The notes under the pieces are model-generated. The model had not been told where the DNA came from, searched no databases, and saw nothing but the letters and a program-made list of their open reading frames with translations. Below are positions 45,239-54,867 of a stretch of DNA of 64,000 bases, piece by piece (position 1 is the stretch's first letter; every line of letters begins with the position of its first letter). The stretch lies in IMG/VR virus record IMGVR_UViG_3300034389_000010, positions 33,935 through 97,934 of that record. One strand, 5' to 3'. The DNA is from a virus. Both the position numbers and the translations under genes were made by a program.

Positions 45239-45259
45239 TCCCCCAGGGGCTCGCCATTC

Positions 45260-45300
45260 GGAAAGCCCCGCATTCTCCTGCCCCTGTGGCGCCCTACTCT
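45260..45300 (+). promoter_or_regulatory. Putative late promoter GGAAAG-N29-TACTCT
   Basis: Conserved motif; upstream of TerS. Confidence 0.7.
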
Positions 45301-45497
45301 GACCCTGCGCACCTGCTCGCCTCCTGAGTGTTAGCCGGGGGTCACTCCCCGAAACGTCGTGTGTCGCCAATGGCTCGATCCATGAGGGCGCACAAGGGAC
45401 GAATAAGCAGGGAATGCCGGGACGGGCATCGTCTCCCCAGTAGGGCCACGCTACGGCGATCCAGTGGCACCAATTCCCTCCCTATCTAGGAATCGCC

Positions 45498-46457
45498 ATG
45501 GCTCCGCCCAAGACCACGGCCAGTAAGCCAGCCACCAAGCGCAAGGCCCCGGCCAAGAAGCCCGCCACCCCCAAGGCCAAGACGGCCAGTAAGCCCAAGG
45601 CCGCAAAGCCTGATCCGGTACCTGCCACTCCCCTCACCCCCGAGGAGGAGCTACTGGCGTCCATGGATCCTCGTCACGTCCGGTTCGTGGAGAGCTACCT
45701 GGGTTCGTACAACCAGACCAGCGCCTACCGTGCAGCCTTCGACACCAAGGGGGACATGAGCGACAACAGCTGCGCCGCCAACGCCTCACGCCTGCTAAGA
45801 ACTGATAAGGTCGCCCGGCTCATGGCCCTGCGCGTCCGTCAGGCATTCGACGATATGGACGGGGACATCAAGACCCGCGCCCTTGAGCGTCTGATGGGCA
45901 TGGCCTTCGGCGATCCGAACGAGCTGACCGAGATCCGCCGGGAGTGCTGCCGCTTCTGCTACGGCATCGATAACGAATACCAGTACAAGCCCAGCGAGTG
46001 GCGCGAGAAGCTGGACGAGTACGCTCGCGACCTGGCCGAGGCGACCAAGAACGAAAGCAAGCCGCCGGCAGAGCCCAAGCCGGCAGGCGGTACCGGCTTT
46101 GATCCGCGCCTGGAGCCCAATGCCGAATGCCCCGAGTGCTTTGGTGAAGGCGTAGAGCGCCAAGTGCTCAAGGACACCCGTCACCTGTCTCCTGCCGGCC
46201 GCGCCCTGTACGCCGGGTCGAAGTGGACCAAGGACGGCCTGCAGATCCTGCAGCACGACCAGCTCAAGGCCTTCGATATGCTGACCAGGGTCATCAAGAT
46301 GCTGGACGACCGCCCCGAGGCGATCATCAACGTCGTCGCCGCCGAGGTCCTGGACGAGATTTACACCAAGGCCATGCAGAACGCGGCAGAAGGCAAGGAA
46401 CGGCTGGGCGCAAGGCTCGGCGTGCCCCCGCCGGTGCGGCCAGGGCTCACGGGCTGA
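45498..46457 (+). CDS. Terminase small subunit with Zn-finger insertion
   Basis: RFVESYL..YNQT.AYRAA...NASRLL...KV; CC.FC.G...CPEC.GEG; HDQ.KA. Confidence 0.75.
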   Translation: MAPPKTTASKPATKRKAPAKKPATPKAKTASKPKAAKPDPVPATPLTPEEELLASMDPRHVRFVESYLGSYNQTSAYRAAFDTKGDMSDNSCAANASRLLRTDKVARLMALRVRQAFDDMDGDIKTRALERLMGMAFGDPNELTEIRRECCRFCYGIDNEYQYKPSEWREKLDEYARDLAEATKNESKPPAEPKPAGGTGFDPRLEPNAECPECFGEGVERQVLKDTRHLSPAGRALYAGSKWTKDGLQILQHDQLKAFDMLTRVIKMLDDRPEAIINVVAAEVLDEIYTKAMQNAAEGKERLGARLGVPPPVRPGLTG

Positions 46458-46732
46458 CCTGTAGGCGCTGTGATCCCCTATTACCCCTATGGGTGGTAGC
46501 GGGTCCGGGTAGATCGTGCGCTATACGCGCTCCTTGGCGATCTGCCCTTTCAATCTTTCCTCTCGCCCTGGGCGTGCAGCTCATCGCTCAAGGTGCCCGC
46601 TTGGCTGCTATCACCATCGACTGATACCAAATACGGCTATCAAAAGTGTAGACTTAGCACTTTCCTAATGTGAAAATAGTTCAATACAGACTGCGGTTCT
46701 GTAGCGAATATTAGGTGAGTGAGGTGTGCCAG

Positions 46733-47107
46733 ATGTCCGTCCCCGATCCTGGGCGAGTGGCTGCGCTCCTGCAGCGCTACCGCTACCGCTATTCCACCGA
46801 GGCGCAGCTGCAAGAGCGCCTGTCCGCCGTGCTGGCCAGCCAGGGCATCGCCCACCAGCGTGAATACCGCTATGACGCCGACAACCGCTTCGACTTCCTG
46901 CTGGCCGATGGGCTGGTGATCGAGGTGAAGATCAAGGGCACGGCTGCTGATGCGCTGCGCCAGGTGGACCGGTACCAACGCCTGCCGCTGGTCACGGGCG
47001 TCATCCTCGCCGGCACGCCCCGCTGGGCCGCCGATTCCCTGCCCGATCGCCCTGAGTGGGGCGGCAAGGGCTTCCGCATGATCAAACTGGAGCGCCAGGC
47101 GCTATGA
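46733..47107 (+). CDS. PD-(D/E)XK-like small endonuclease
   Basis: E..LQ, REY, RFDFL, IEVK. Confidence 0.65.
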   Translation: MSVPDPGRVAALLQRYRYRYSTEAQLQERLSAVLASQGIAHQREYRYDADNRFDFLLADGLVIEVKIKGTAADALRQVDRYQRLPLVTGVILAGTPRWAADSLPDRPEWGGKGFRMIKLERQAL

Positions 47108-48048
47108 GTATCGAGAAAGAGCAGTTCGAGAAGGTGATGGCGGAGCTGCGCCGGGCGTGCCTGCCCGCCGGTGGCGCCGATGCCGTGCAGGCCTATGTGG
47201 ATAGCCTGGCTGGTGGCCTGGCGCGGGTGGAAGCGAGCGCTGCAACACTGGCCACCGCTGGCCGTGGTGCCTGGGCCAGAGCCGATGCCGTCCAGGCACT
47301 GCTGGCGACGGCTGTAGGGCTGCTACGGTTCGCCTATGACCATGCCGAGCAGCACCGGCCTGGGTCGCTTCCGAATGAGCAAAGAGTCCGCGCCTTCCTC
47401 GCCGAGGCCGAGCAGCAGGAGACCCCGGCGCCACTGACGTGCGAGGCACAGAGAGCAATCTGCGGTAACTGCGGAGGGAGTGGCGACGTTCACCGCCCTG
47501 ACGGCGAGTGGTTAGGAACCTGCCCATGCCCCGCTGGACAGCAGGTGCGCCTTGCTGAAATTGGCCGTGAGTCTCTTCTGCCAGAGAGCCAGCGCATCAA
47601 GCCGGTTGAGCAGCTGCGCGTGCCGCGCCCTCTGGAAGCCCAGGACGCGCAGGCTGGGGGTGGGCTGGATGCAATAGCAGAGGCCATTTTCAACGCCGAC
47701 AAGGACAACTGGTTTTCAGTGGGGCCATACCCCCAGCTTCACGCCAACGATAGGGCCAGGCTGCGCGCTATGGCCCGCGCCGCCCTCGCCACCCAGCCCG
47801 CCGCTACAGACGGCGTTGTCTATGTGGAAGTGTCTGGCCTGACCGGTACAGGTAAAAGCGCAGTGGCGGGCGAGATCGAAGTGGCCATGCTGGCGCTCGG
47901 TCTGGAAGTGCAATGGACCGAAGGTGACAGTGAAATGCGCCTGAACCATGCCGACTTCGCGGGAGAACTGGAGCTATACAAGCCCCGAGTCGAGATCCGG
48001 GAAAGGAATATCGCTAGGCCCGCCGTGCGAGGTGCTGAGCATGAGTAA
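47104..48048 (+). CDS. Mosaic Ead/Ea22-like phage protein
   Basis: ATGA overlap; CxxC motif; C-terminal SG.TG.GKS. Confidence 0.55.
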   Translation: MSIEKEQFEKVMAELRRACLPAGGADAVQAYVDSLAGGLARVEASAATLATAGRGAWARADAVQALLATAVGLLRFAYDHAEQHRPGSLPNEQRVRAFLAEAEQQETPAPLTCEAQRAICGNCGGSGDVHRPDGEWLGTCPCPAGQQVRLAEIGRESLLPESQRIKPVEQLRVPRPLEAQDAQAGGGLDAIAEAIFNADKDNWFSVGPYPQLHANDRARLRAMARAALATQPAATDGVVYVEVSGLTGTGKSAVAGEIEVAMLALGLEVQWTEGDSEMRLNHADFAGELELYKPRVEIRERNIARPAVRGAEHE

Positions 48049-48745
48049 TGTCATCCTGACCGGCGATTACACCACTGACGTCCGCGCGCTCCTGGAGCTG
48101 CTGCGCGACGGCACTGAGTCCCTGGTGGTCAGCTGCCAGCTGCTGGAATCGTCCGAAAGCGTGCTCGATCGGCATCACGCCAAGCAGAACCTGGAGCGCT
48201 GGACGCCGATCTGGCGCGAACTGGATCGGAATCGCGGGCGCGACGTGCAGCCCGCCGCTGGTGAGCGGGAGCAGCAAACAGCTATCAACGCTGACGATTT
48301 GCCGACGAAGAAGTACCCCCTCGGCGCGCTCGACTTGGACAGCCCTGCCGCCGCGCCTGTGGCAGCTGGTAAGCCGGTAGCGCTCTCCGAAGAAGCCATG
48401 AGCACCATCGTGGGCATGGTTGAACTTTGCCTTGAGCGGCGCTACTGCATGGGGATGGATGAAGGGTTTAAGTCCTTTGAGCCCGAAGTAGAGCACGACT
48501 TCGTTAAGGAGCTTCGCGCCTTTGTCGATGGTGCCGGTAAGTTTCCCGCCGCCCCGCCTGCCGCCGCGCATGGGGATGAGGCAGCGGCCACTCTGGCGAA
48601 GGCTCTAAGCCTCCTATGGAAGACCACCAACTTCCTTCCGCGAGGAGGAAGCCTGGACGGTAGGGTGAGCGCATTCCTGGCGCAGCACGCGCCTGAGCCA
48701 GTGGCTTCGGCTGCCGCCATGCGCACCCAGGGTGAGCAGTCGTGA
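48041..48745 (+). CDS. Mosaic hypothetical phage protein
   Basis: GAGG RBS; Ala/Pro linkers. Confidence 0.55.
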   Translation: MSNVILTGDYTTDVRALLELLRDGTESLVVSCQLLESSESVLDRHHAKQNLERWTPIWRELDRNRGRDVQPAAGEREQQTAINADDLPTKKYPLGALDLDSPAAAPVAAGKPVALSEEAMSTIVGMVELCLERRYCMGMDEGFKSFEPEVEHDFVKELRAFVDGAGKFPAAPPAAAHGDEAAATLAKALSLLWKTTNFLPRGGSLDGRVSAFLAQHAPEPVASAAAMRTQGEQS

Positions 48746-49044
48746 GCCCTGCCCAACGCCGGGACTGGATAGAGGCCCGAATGACGGCGGGCGGCCCTGG
48801 CTGCTCGGTCGATGTCCTGAATAGCGACTTCGTGACCGCGTATATCGAGGCGACTGGCGCCCCTTTCGTAGCCCAGCCTTTCGGTGCTGATACCTGCCGA
48901 CAGCTGGGGCGGGACCTGTCGTCAATGTGCAAGTCCGGGGTTCTCGTGCGTGGCCGCGTCGGCCTGGTCGAGCATTACCAGGGCATGCCGAACTGGGTCT
49001 ACGTCTACCGACTGGCGCTAGGGCATGACGGAGGTGCCGCCTGA
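48742..49044 (+). CDS. Hypothetical (winged-helix-like) protein
   Basis: VDVLN..FV..Y; W..VYRL. Confidence 0.55.
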   Translation: MSPAQRRDWIEARMTAGGPGCSVDVLNSDFVTAYIEATGAPFVAQPFGADTCRQLGRDLSSMCKSGVLVRGRVGLVEHYQGMPNWVYVYRLALGHDGGAA

Positions 49045-49208
49045 TGGCCTGCAGCGACGGCTGGTCCACCCACGACGCCGAGGGCGAGCCCGGCGAGTGC
49101 CCGACCTGCGGTGAGCCCACCGTGGACGGTACCGCCAAGACCGGGTGCAACTACTCCCCAACCACCTGTGACACCTGCGGGGCGCGGCCCTGCGATGAGA
49201 GCTGCTGA
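49044..49208 (+). CDS. 54-aa Cys-rich Zn-finger peptide (not in the ORF track)
   Basis: TGATG overlaps at both ends, GGAGG RBS; CPTCG...C.....CDTCG..PC...C. Confidence 0.6.
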   Translation: MACSDGWSTHDAEGEPGECPTCGEPTVDGTAKTGCNYSPTTCDTCGARPCDESC

Positions 49209-49909
49209 TGACCAAGCTGACCAAGATCGACAAATGCCGCGAGTGCGGCAGCACCTCCCTGAACTGGTTCACCACCATTGAGGTCATCAACGACGTGCAG
49301 CAGAACCGCCTCAACACCCGCGACGTGGCGTGCCGCTTCGTGCTGGGCTGCGACGACTGCTCGGAGACCCTGGTGGTCACCAGCGCCGACAGGGTGGCCG
49401 ACTGGCTGAATCGTGAGGAGCCGGCCGCGCCGGTGGCCAGTAACGACCCTGCCCTGGTTGGCGCCCTATCTGGTATCGCCGAGCTGTCCCGCGCCCTGCG
49501 CCAGGGTGGCCCCGCCCCCGAGGATCTGCAGGAGCTGTCCGACGCCCTGGAAGAGGCGGTGGCCATCGCCCAGGACGCCGTTGCAGGCCTGCCCGATCCG
49601 GACGCGGCTATTCGTAGCATCGCCCACGAGCGACAGCGCCAGATCGAAGGCGAAGGCTGGACGCCCGAGCGTGATGACCAGTACCAGCAGGGCGAGCTGG
49701 CCAAGGCCGCCGCCGGGTATGTGCTGCACGCCCACGCGGATCAGTCCTGGAAGAACCATCACCTGCCCAACTTCTGGCCGTTCGCGCCCCAGTGGTTCAA
49801 GCCGGCGGACCCGCGCCGCATGCTGGTGAAGGCTGGCGCCCTGGTGGTGGCCGAGATCCAGCGCATTGACCGGGCCGAGGCGCGCGCCCAGGAGGCTGGC
49901 CATGAGTAA
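49208..49909 (+). CDS. Zn-ribbon plus conserved all-alpha phage domain
   Basis: CRECG; ERQRQ...EGWTPE.DD...GELA.AA...WP...W.KP...RR.LVKAGAL..AEI.R.DR. Confidence 0.65.
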   Translation: MTKLTKIDKCRECGSTSLNWFTTIEVINDVQQNRLNTRDVACRFVLGCDDCSETLVVTSADRVADWLNREEPAAPVASNDPALVGALSGIAELSRALRQGGPAPEDLQELSDALEEAVAIAQDAVAGLPDPDAAIRSIAHERQRQIEGEGWTPERDDQYQQGELAKAAAGYVLHAHADQSWKNHHLPNFWPFAPQWFKPADPRRMLVKAGALVVAEIQRIDRAEARAQEAGHE

Positions 49910-50315
49910 CCTCACCACCAAGCGCCAGCGCTGCGACGTGGTCAATCAGGCCATCCGGATCATCGCCGCCCACGGGCGCCGGTTCTTCCATCACAAGGGC
50001 AACTTCGCCCGGATGGTGGTCGCCGACAATGGCCGGATCTGGTTCCTTGACGACTACAGCTGGAAAGCCATCTACACCCACACCGCGCCATATGCCCGCT
50101 GGCGCGGCTTCACACACGGCGGCACGCTGCGCAACCTGGTGGAGAAGTTCCGGGACTACATCCGCACTGGCCAGCCGCTGCACCCCGGCTACCTGGGTCA
50201 CGATCGCGAGGACGGATCGAACATATGGGGCTATGAGCCCGAGGCGATGAAAGCCGTCCGCGCCGAGGCTGGCGCGCTGCCGGTGTTTCGCCAGCCGGCG
50301 GAGATACAGCCGTGA
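49902..50315 (+). CDS. Conserved phage protein
   Basis: I..HGRRFF, WF.DDY, W.GFTHGG. Confidence 0.65.
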   Translation: MSNLTTKRQRCDVVNQAIRIIAAHGRRFFHHKGNFARMVVADNGRIWFLDDYSWKAIYTHTAPYARWRGFTHGGTLRNLVEKFRDYIRTGQPLHPGYLGHDREDGSNIWGYEPEAMKAVRAEAGALPVFRQPAEIQP

Positions 50316-50800
50316 GCGCCATCATCAGTGAGTGCCTTCGATACCGCTACCGTTTGGAACGCTACGTCCAGGCCGAAGGTCAGGTGTTCGCGTTCTTTGG
50401 GATAAACCCCAGTACGGCCGACGCCACCCTAGACGATCAAACCGTCAAGAAGTGGCGCGGCTTCTCGCAGCGCCATGGGGCGCGCCGTTTCATCGTCGGC
50501 AATGTATTTGCCTTTCGGTCGGCAAATCCCCGCGTACTGGAATTGGTCGCCGACCCCTTCGGCCCCGAATGCCAGCAGCACCTGCAGGAGATTATCCAGG
50601 AGGCGGACGTCCTGGTGCCGTGCTGGGGCGCCTTGGGCAAGATGCCGACGAGTCTAAGGGGAGCGCCGGCTGAATTGCTGGCCTTGTTGGTCGCCAGCGG
50701 CAAGCCGGTGCTGCACTTCGGTCGGACTGCCTGCGGCCAGCCTAAGCACCCGATGCTGCTGCCCTACAGCACGCCCCTGCTGCCGTGGGGTGCGCAATGA
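50312..50800 (+). CDS. DUF1643 family protein
   Basis: YRY.L.R, NPSTAD...DD.T, N.FA.R, WG, PKHP. Confidence 0.8.
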   Translation: MSAIISECLRYRYRLERYVQAEGQVFAFFGINPSTADATLDDQTVKKWRGFSQRHGARRFIVGNVFAFRSANPRVLELVADPFGPECQQHLQEIIQEADVLVPCWGALGKMPTSLRGAPAELLALLVASGKPVLHFGRTACGQPKHPMLLPYSTPLLPWGAQ

Positions 50801-51198
50801 CCATCGGCCTCTTGCCCTGCCCCTTCTGCAATGCCGTCATGCGCGTCGAAAGCAACCACGACTGGCACCGCGTCGTCGGCGACCACGATGCCCAATGCCT
50901 ACTGACCGATCGCGATACCTTGATGGTCCCCGCCACCGACGAGCAGCTGGCGCTGGCTGTGCGCGACTGGAATCGCCGCGCGCCAGCGACTGAGGGTGCC
51001 CTGCTCGATGCCGAGCGCTATCGCTTCGTGAGGGGTCTGGCCTGGTATGTGGACCGGGGCGCAAGCGTCTACAACATCAACAATGCCGATTCGATCTGGC
51101 GCAGTGAGCGCGGATCGGTCGATGCGGACGAGGTAGAGGCCGCGATCGACCGAGTCCGGCTTGGTCTGGAGCCCGAGGAGGACGGCGAATATGACTAG
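50797..51198 (+). CDS. Lar-like (restriction alleviation) Zn-binding protein
   Basis: LLPCPFC...WNRRA. Confidence 0.55.
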   Translation: MTIGLLPCPFCNAVMRVESNHDWHRVVGDHDAQCLLTDRDTLMVPATDEQLALAVRDWNRRAPATEGALLDAERYRFVRGLAWYVDRGASVYNINNADSIWRSERGSVDADEVEAAIDRVRLGLEPEEDGEYD

Positions 51199-51433
51199 CG
51201 AAGGCCAGGCCAGCGCCCTGACCGCCCTGACGTTCCAGCAGGATGCCCACTACAACGGCGGCAAGGCGTTCTTCGCCTATGGCTACACCTGCGTCCAACA
51301 CCCTCGGATCACCCTGTTTCGCCGCTACGACAAGAAGACCCGCCAGGTTACCGACCACTGGCGCCTGTATGGCTTCGAAGTTGCATCGCTCCAGGTGGCC
51401 TATGCGGCCATGACGGGCGCCGACCGCGTTTAG
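51191..51433 (+). CDS. Hypothetical protein
   Basis: 80 aa with RBS. Confidence 0.5.
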   Translation: MTSEGQASALTALTFQQDAHYNGGKAFFAYGYTCVQHPRITLFRRYDKKTRQVTDHWRLYGFEVASLQVAYAAMTGADRV

Positions 51434-51473
51434 GAAAGTGCCCCGCTTTTCGCTTCACTGATACCCATACGAT
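51433..51473 (+). promoter_or_regulatory. Putative late promoter GGAAAG-N29-TACGAT
   Basis: Conserved motif and spacing. Confidence 0.65.
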
Positions 51474-51500
51474 CGGCACAGCCGACACCAGGACATCACC

Positions 51501-52343
51501 ATGACTACTGTTTCCCGCGAGGCGCCCCAGGCGCTTCCCCGCATCGTTTGCCAATTCAGCTGCGGCGCTGCCTCGGCTGTGGCCACCAAGCTGGCGCTGG
51601 CTGAGTACGGCGCTACCCATGACGTCCAGATCGTCAACGCCTTCCTGCTCAATGAGCACCAGGACAACCGCCGTTTTCTGGCCGACTGTGAAGCCTGGTT
51701 CGGCCGCGAAATCGTCCAGCTGCGTGACGAGAAGTACGGCGCCGATGCCCTTGAGGTGTTCCGGCGTGAGCGTTTCATGAAAAACCGCTATGGCGCCTCC
51801 TGTACCAAGCTGCTCAAGCGCCGTCTGCTCGATACCTGGAAGCAGCCCGGCGACATCATGGTGTTTGGCTTCACCGCTGAAGAGGCCGACCGCCTGGACG
51901 ACTTCCGCGACCGCAATCCGGACCGGCCGGCGATCGCGCCCTTGATCGAGCGCGGCATCGGCAAGGAGGACTGCAAGGCGATGGTCCAGCGCGCCGGTAT
52001 TGAGCTGCCGTTCATGTACCGACTGGGCTACGAAAACGCGAACTGCATCGGCTGTGTGAAGGGCGGAGAGGGCTACTTTCGCGCCATCCGTGAGGACTTC
52101 CCTGAGCAGTTCGAGGCGCTGTGCAAGATCCAGGACGACCTGGGCGCGGGCTCCTACCTGTTCCGCGATCGCGAAACGAACGTGCGCTACTCCCTGCGCG
52201 ACATTCCGCCCGGCCCCGTCCGTCGTAACGAAAAAATTCCCTCCTGCTCTTTCTTCTGCGAGCTGGCTGAGGCGGACTACCAGGTGATCGCCAGTGATGC
52301 CGCCCGTACCCCTGCAGCTGGCCTGCAAGGCGGTGCTGCATGA
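51501..52343 (+). CDS. PAPS-reductase/PP-loop-like protein
   Basis: QFSCGAASA, CT..LK, GF..EE..R, Y.LGY..ANCIGCVKGG, C.FFC. Confidence 0.7.
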   Translation: MTTVSREAPQALPRIVCQFSCGAASAVATKLALAEYGATHDVQIVNAFLLNEHQDNRRFLADCEAWFGREIVQLRDEKYGADALEVFRRERFMKNRYGASCTKLLKRRLLDTWKQPGDIMVFGFTAEEADRLDDFRDRNPDRPAIAPLIERGIGKEDCKAMVQRAGIELPFMYRLGYENANCIGCVKGGEGYFRAIREDFPEQFEALCKIQDDLGAGSYLFRDRETNVRYSLRDIPPGPVRRNEKIPSCSFFCELAEADYQVIASDAARTPAAGLQGGAA

Positions 52344-52618
52344 CCTGCACCATTACCCACCACCTCAGCACCGGCAAGACCATCCGTAAAGGCACCCCCT
52401 CGCCCCGGCCAGGCCGTTGGGACGTGAGTGTCTGGTTCCTGCTGCCCTCGGGCGAGAAGTCCACCCACAGCGTCACCATCAACGGCGTCACGCTGACGGA
52501 CCTGGTGCCCGCCGTGGCTGAGCGCCTGGACGAGATGATCGCCGAGATGGGAAACGATGTCCGGGAAGCCGGCTGGCAAGCCCACGGGCGCGGCCCGGTA
52601 AAGCGCCGCAAGCACTGA
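52340..52618 (+). CDS. Hypothetical protein
   Basis: 92 aa, ATGA overlap. Confidence 0.55.
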   Translation: MTCTITHHLSTGKTIRKGTPSPRPGRWDVSVWFLLPSGEKSTHSVTINGVTLTDLVPAVAERLDEMIAEMGNDVREAGWQAHGRGPVKRRKH

Positions 52619-52665
52619 TTCGCAACACCCCAATCAGACCGGCCAAGCCGGCTAAGGACATCACC

Positions 52666-52902
52666 ATGCAATCTCGCGCCCTCATGGCCCTCATGATCGC
52701 CTCCGGCGCCTTCGGGCACACGGCCGGCTCTTTCTTCGGTACCGGCATGCCCAGGCCGACCCCGCCTCACGACCCCTACCAGGGTGAGCGTGACGCCCTG
52801 GGCCAGACCGCCGAGCAGCGCCGCCAGGGCGAGGAGCGCCAGGCCGCTGCCGATGCCAAGCGCGCGCGCCGCGCCGAGCGCAATCGACGCCTGTCGTCCT
52901 GA
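52666..52902 (+). CDS. Hypothetical protein
   Basis: AGGACATCACCATG leader; basic C-terminus. Confidence 0.55.
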   Translation: MQSRALMALMIASGAFGHTAGSFFGTGMPRPTPPHDPYQGERDALGQTAEQRRQGEERQAAADAKRARRAERNRRLSS

Positions 52903-52929
52903 CCCCTGGCCCGTCACAGGAGAGCATTC

Positions 52930-54774
52930 GTGACCGTCCTACCCCAATCCCCTGCCGTGCGCCTGTACGGCACCGTGAGCTACAGCGGGCGCTACTGGCG
53001 CATCGCGTGTGACCCCCAGGTGCGTGGCCGCCTGAAACGGGTCTTCCCCAAGATCAGCGATCGCGCGGCCGAGGTCCACGACCTGCTGGCCAGCGCCGAG
53101 AACAGCCGCGAGCTGCGCTGGTTCCTGCAGCGCTACCCCATGACGATGGACGCCGAGGCGCTGGCGCTGCTCGATCAGCTGGCCGACCAGCACGTCGAGA
53201 ACGAGAAGAGCCTGGCGGATCTGCTGGCGGGTCGCCGTGAGCAGGTCATTCATAGCCTGGCCAAGCCCGAGCGCCTGTATCAGCGCCTGCCGACCCGCAT
53301 GATGGAGATCAAGGGCGGCCTGCTGCTGGCGGACGACCTGGGCCTGGGCAAGACCGTGAGCGCTATCCTCGCCATGGTCCAGCCCGGCAGCCTGCCGGCG
53401 GTGGTGGTCTACCCGGCGTCGCTGCCCAACCACTGGCCCGAGAAGCTGGCGGAGTTCGCCCCGCACCTGCGGGTGCATGTGATCAACGCGGGATCCCCCT
53501 ATCCGCTGATCAAGCAGCCCCGCCAGCGGCGCACCGACCTGTGGGACACCCTCCCCGACGTCATCCTGGTGACCTATCACCGCCTGCGCGGCTGGGCCGA
53601 GGTGCTGGGTGAGATTGCCCAGTTCGTGGTGTTCGAGGAGTGCCAGCAGCTGCGCAACTCGGGCAGCAACATCTATGTGGCCTGCGAGTACCTGGCCAGC
53701 CGCTGCCGGCTGCGCATGGGCCTGTCCGCTACGCCCATCTTCAACTACGGCGCCGAGTTCTGGACCGTCATCAACGTCCTGCTGCCCGACGCCCTGGGCG
53801 ACTATCACGAGTTCGTGCGCGAGTGGTGTACGGGTGGCTATGAGGACGGCAAGCACCGCCTGAAAGACCCCGAGGCCTTCGGCGAGCACCTGCGCCGCGA
53901 GGGCATCATGCTGCGCCGCACCCGCGCCGAGGTCGGCCGCGAGCTGCCCGCCCTGACCAAGATCACCGTCGAGATCGAGCACGACCAGAAGGTGCTCGAT
54001 CGCTACAAGGGCGACGCCCTGCGCCTGGCGCAGACCATCCTGCAGAAGAACCAGGCCTACAAGACCCAGCGCATGGAGGCCGCCGGCGAGTTCGATCGCC
54101 TGATGCGCCAGGCCTGCGGCATCGCCAAGGCGCCCTATGTCGCCGACTTCGTGCGCATGCTGCTGGAAGAGGGTCGGCAGGTGCTGCTGTTCGGCTGGCA
54201 CCGTGACGTCTACCGGATCTGGCAGGACGCCCTCGCCGACTTCAACCCGGTCATGTACACCGGCACCGAGAACGCCCGCGAGAAGCAGGCCGCCAAGGAG
54301 GCCTTCATGGCCGGTACCGCGCGCGTGATCATCATCAGCGTGCGCGCTGGCGCCGGCGTGGACGGCCTACAGGCGGCCAGCTCGACCACGGTCCACGGCG
54401 AGCTGGACTGGTCGCCGGGCGTCATCGAGCAGAACATCGGCCGCGTCCACCGCGACGGCCAGCCGGACCCGGTCCAGGCCTACTTCCCGGTCTCATCCGA
54501 TGACTTCGACCAGGAAATGCTCGATGTCCTGGGCGTGAAGCGCGAGCAGATCGAGGGCGTCATCAACCCCGATGACAACCTGGTGGAGCGCCTGGACGTG
54601 GGACAGCGCCAGCTGCGCGACATGGCCCGCAACTACCTGCGCTCGCAGGGCCAGGAGGTGCCCGAGGAGACGGAAGACGACGACCTGCTGTCGGCGCCTG
54701 ACCTGGTCGCCCTTCCCCCCGAGGCCGCGCCCGCTATAGTGGAATCAACTGATCGCCAAACGGTCCTATTCTAG
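52930..54774 (+). CDS. SNF2-family helicase
   Basis: LADDLGLGKT, FEECQ, LSATP, DW.P...EQ..GR.HR.GQ. Confidence 0.9.
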   Translation: MTVLPQSPAVRLYGTVSYSGRYWRIACDPQVRGRLKRVFPKISDRAAEVHDLLASAENSRELRWFLQRYPMTMDAEALALLDQLADQHVENEKSLADLLAGRREQVIHSLAKPERLYQRLPTRMMEIKGGLLLADDLGLGKTVSAILAMVQPGSLPAVVVYPASLPNHWPEKLAEFAPHLRVHVINAGSPYPLIKQPRQRRTDLWDTLPDVILVTYHRLRGWAEVLGEIAQFVVFEECQQLRNSGSNIYVACEYLASRCRLRMGLSATPIFNYGAEFWTVINVLLPDALGDYHEFVREWCTGGYEDGKHRLKDPEAFGEHLRREGIMLRRTRAEVGRELPALTKITVEIEHDQKVLDRYKGDALRLAQTILQKNQAYKTQRMEAAGEFDRLMRQACGIAKAPYVADFVRMLLEEGRQVLLFGWHRDVYRIWQDALADFNPVMYTGTENAREKQAAKEAFMAGTARVIIISVRAGAGVDGLQAASSTTVHGELDWSPGVIEQNIGRVHRDGQPDPVQAYFPVSSDDFDQEMLDVLGVKREQIEGVINPDDNLVERLDVGQRQLRDMARNYLRSQGQEVPEETEDDDLLSAPDLVALPPEAAPAIVESTDRQTVLF

Positions 54775-54867
54775 GAATCAAAACGCTTGCCTTCTGGTCG
54801 CCTTAGTGTGAATATTATTCCTACTAAGGCGTCACTTACTCGGAAGTGGCCAGGCGAGGACCAAGGC

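Noticed and set aside
46660-46667. Minus-strand TAGGAAAG as a ninth late promoter
   Set aside because: No YAnnnT hexamer at the fixed 29-nt spacing
47104-48048. P-loop NTPase call from SGLTGTGKS
   Set aside because: Only about 65 aa follow the motif and there is no clear Walker B; likely a small module in a mosaic protein
49208-49909. Acb2-type anti-CBASS call
   Set aside because: Motifs do not match Acb2 as recalled; left as an unknown all-alpha domain
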